Positions 60,901-64,000 of a stretch of DNA of 64,000 nucleotides are shown piece after piece (within the stretch, counting starts at the first letter, position 1; each line of letters starts with the position of its first letter). The DNA comes from Octopus sinensis (Eukaryota). The notes beneath the pieces are model-generated. The model saw only the letters and a list, made by a program, of their open reading frames with translations, did no database searches and had not been told where the DNA came from. The stretch lies in the NCBI RefSeq assembly GCF_006345805.1, contig NC_042999.1, forward strand, positions 123,070,001 through 123,134,000. The letters are read 5' to 3'. The translations under genes and the position numbers were made by a program.

Positions 60901-63094
60901 TATTCCTTTAAGAAAGGAAGGGAAGAAAGAAATGTGAGAGAGAGATTAAAGAAGAGAAGAATTGTCCCCTTTATTAGGCTAGTACTTTGTTTATTGCCCC
61001 TGAAAGGCTAACAAACAAATTTGATCATGGCAAGAACTGAATTCAGATTGTTAAATACTGAAATGACTACTACAAGTTATTTTATGTGATATTTTAATGA
61101 CTGCCAATTCACCTGTAATATACTAGTGTCAATTTAATTGGGTAAATTTCTTTACTACAATTTATATCATTGTGAAGATTATTATTTTTATTATTAATAA
61201 TGTTATTATTATTATTGCAGCTAATAAAGAGATTTGTTACATTTTATGACACTAAGCGATCAATAGATATTCTTAACTAATGAAAAATTGGTTTAATATT
61301 TTAGTACCCAAGTACAGATTGAGATTAATTTCCCAAATGGACAATGATAGAAGATTCGTTCCTACTTTTCATACTTGAAGGTTTTTAGAGTGATATCAAC
61401 ATTTCTCATATACATCCATCGGCTTTTAAGTTTGGTGTAAGAATACCTGCTTGTATGAAGATTCCTGGTTTACTCATTCTCTTGTTACTTTTTTGATTTC
61501 CACCCCTTTTGAAAATTTTCTATCTATATTTATTCATACTCTGCAAATAATGAGAGGTTTAATAAAATGGTGATAAACAGCAATTTCTAAATTTACTTGA
61601 TGATATTTGAACTCTTGCTATGGGTTAGTGATTGTTTCGATATAGTAGTCAGATTGAGGGTTTTACCATTTAGTTTTTCTCTTGCATAGCTAAGTCTCCA
61701 TCAGTGGTAAACAAGGAGCACTTGTTTAAATCATGATCTTACTTGAGATTCATTGGAGTATGGTTGGTAACCTAATAAAACTTTGTTTGTAAGTTCTTTT
61801 ATAACGTTGCAGCTACATTAGTGAGCCAATGAATTTGTGTTTCTAAGATATGTAATATTTTGTAATATTACTTAATGTATTACATTCAGATGATTGAAGT
61901 TGAAAGATATGTGCAATTATTACTTCTTGGAGCAAATTTAGAGCAATGCAAATTACTTCCATGTACAAGTTAGATTCCTTATCTAACAGCATTTCAATTA
62001 AAATAGTCTTGGCCTTAATTCCCCTGTTGTATTTTTTAAATTTTAATATACTTATCTTTCTTTTGATATGTTTGGATCACATCACTTGTGATATAATTTA
62101 ATCTCAATGTCTTAATTTGCATGCTGTAGAGACTGTGTCATTAAAAGAAAAACATTCTTATAGTCCTTGTTTTATTTACATATAATATATGATATACCCA
62201 TGCAGGAATCAGATACCATTCCTACTTCATGGTTAATGGACAGTAACGGAATAAAGGCATTGATCTGTAACATTATTGGCCTCTATACGTATGCAAAAAT
62301 ATCATAAATCATTACAGCCATGCTAGATCTTCAAAACAGATTTAAACTTAAAATTTTCATTCATAAGCCTCACAATCTCACATTCTCATTTTATTATAGA
62401 ACTTGTATTGAGGCTTCTGCTGAAAATTTCTTTGGCTTCTCTTTTGATTTTCAACAAAGATATGCCTGATCAAGTCTGGAAGTAAACTGTATTTCTTTTA
62501 GAGAGCAGAGTATCATTGACTTGAAGCAAATACTTTCATTATTAGTAGTATTATTAGCAGTTCATATGAGCTATCATAAGGAACTGAGAACAGGTTACTC
62601 TTAAGAAATAATGAACTTTTTGAAAGAGGGTATAGTTAACTAGCTTTAGAAGATATCATCATCTTCTTTGAGATTGACATCATGCTCTCCCACTTCATCA
62701 TCACCGTCATCATCCCACTGCCTTCCTCATCATCAATCATCATTTCCAATTCCCCTTTCATCGCCATTGTTGTCATTTTCACCACCATCATTACCATCCA
62801 TCATCATTATGAAAATTCATTTCTGACATGTTTACAGATGCATATTAACATCCTGATTTTCATGGTCATGGAAATTGGATAAGATTACATAGTTTAGCGT
62901 CTATAAGTGAAGGCAGAAGAGAGGTTTCTTGCAGAGAAACTGCAGGAGCTGTTCCTATCTCAGCAAGCTATAGTTTAACAAAATACACAGCTAACTTCTG
63001 ATGTTGGCAGTATGAAATTCAGTTGCAGCTGCAGAAAATTGTCAAAATCCCTGGAAGAGATCCAATGGAAATCTGGCTGCTTTATTTTCTATAG

Positions 63095-63171
63095 CTAGCG
63101 ATACAAAGACCACCTTACAGAAATACCTGGGGTTCAAACTAAAGGAAGACAGCATGTCGTGTTATGCTTAA
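63095..63171 (+). CDS. Possible terminal coding exon (phase 1): xSDTKTTLQKYLGFKLKEDSMSCYA*
   Basis: ctggctgctttattttctatag|CTAGCGAT...GCT TAA. Good acceptor and an open frame of 24 codons, but no independent support. Confidence 0.25.
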
Positions 63172-64000
63172 AAATTGCACAAACATGCCCAAAAGAAAGT
63201 TTACTTAATAGAATTTTCTGAAGAGTGAAACTCATTAACCTGAAATTTCAGCGTTTCTTTGGCTGCATATTTAATTACGAGAATTTCTCAGTAGCAGTAA
63301 CTAATCTTTGACATTGTAGCTGACATTAGAAAATTTTCTGATGAGCTGAAAGATCATAATTTGATTAAAACTGGTTCCCTCTAAATGACCTTTTTATTCA
63401 TTTATTTTCCTCTTTCTTTTTGTTTTTATCATATTAAAATACATTTTTCTGCCTCCCTCCTCTTACTGATTATTTCCAATTACTTTAGTTATTTTTGCAA
63501 AGATATTTACATACCTTGAGATTACTATCTATCAGACAAATCATAAGTGTATGAAGTTTCTTTTATAGATATTTGTTAAACTTAGAAGAGTTGTGGAGTG
63601 AAAATTGGGTATGTTTAGCATATTTATCATTAATTTGCATTGAAAAGAATCTTGTATATGAAGGTATTGTGAAGGGATGCAATTCTGAGAGGCAAAGTAT
63701 GTAGAAAATGTTGAGTGTAAGATTTGAGGGATAAGGTATAATGCCTTAAACTTTGTTAAAAACATACCTCTCACTTAAAATACTTATATCATGTAAAGGC
63801 ACAAATAAGAGTATATGAGTGACTTTTATATTGGATTCAGATTGCAAAACAAGCCATAAGCTCAGAAGAGATACTACTGTTATTTATGTTAGAAATAATA
63901 AAAATAGAATACAACTTTATGTAGACCTAAATATTATTGAGTCTAAGTGATTGGTGATTTGTTTATCATCCAATAAATGTAGTCAATGTATGTGTGTGGT

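Overview
Very AT-rich eukaryotic DNA full of (TA)n/(CA)n/(TAA)n microsatellites. The tRNA-derived SINE families and repeat style point to an Octopus-type cephalopod genome (inference from recognition, not a database search). There is no long intact ORF; nearly all ORF-track entries are microsatellite or low-complexity artefacts. Recognisable content: (i) decayed mobile elements: a DD34D mariner with worn TIRs, hAT and Tigger/pogo transposases, a Helentron-like HINE, RTE, CR1-like, CRE-like and R4/Dong-like LINE fragments, two Penelope-like elements (PLEs), many SINEs and several foldback/MITE hairpins. (ii) Hammerhead ribozyme motifs: one compact motif at 35.4 kb and a degenerate pair in the inverted ends of a PLE. 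(iii) A run of plus-strand splice signals suggesting the window lies in the long introns of one unidentified plus-strand gene. These define candidate exons of 2, 3, 4, 9, 9, 10, 15, 15, 54, 68, 75 and 90 nt, plus at least two strong zero-nucleotide AG|GTRAGT recursive-splice-like sites. Several have UGC in the pyrimidine tract and a downstream UGCAUG. This 0-15 nt exon series is the most interesting signal. It rests on motif reading only and needs RNA-seq junction evidence. There is one 100-N gap at 50113-50212.
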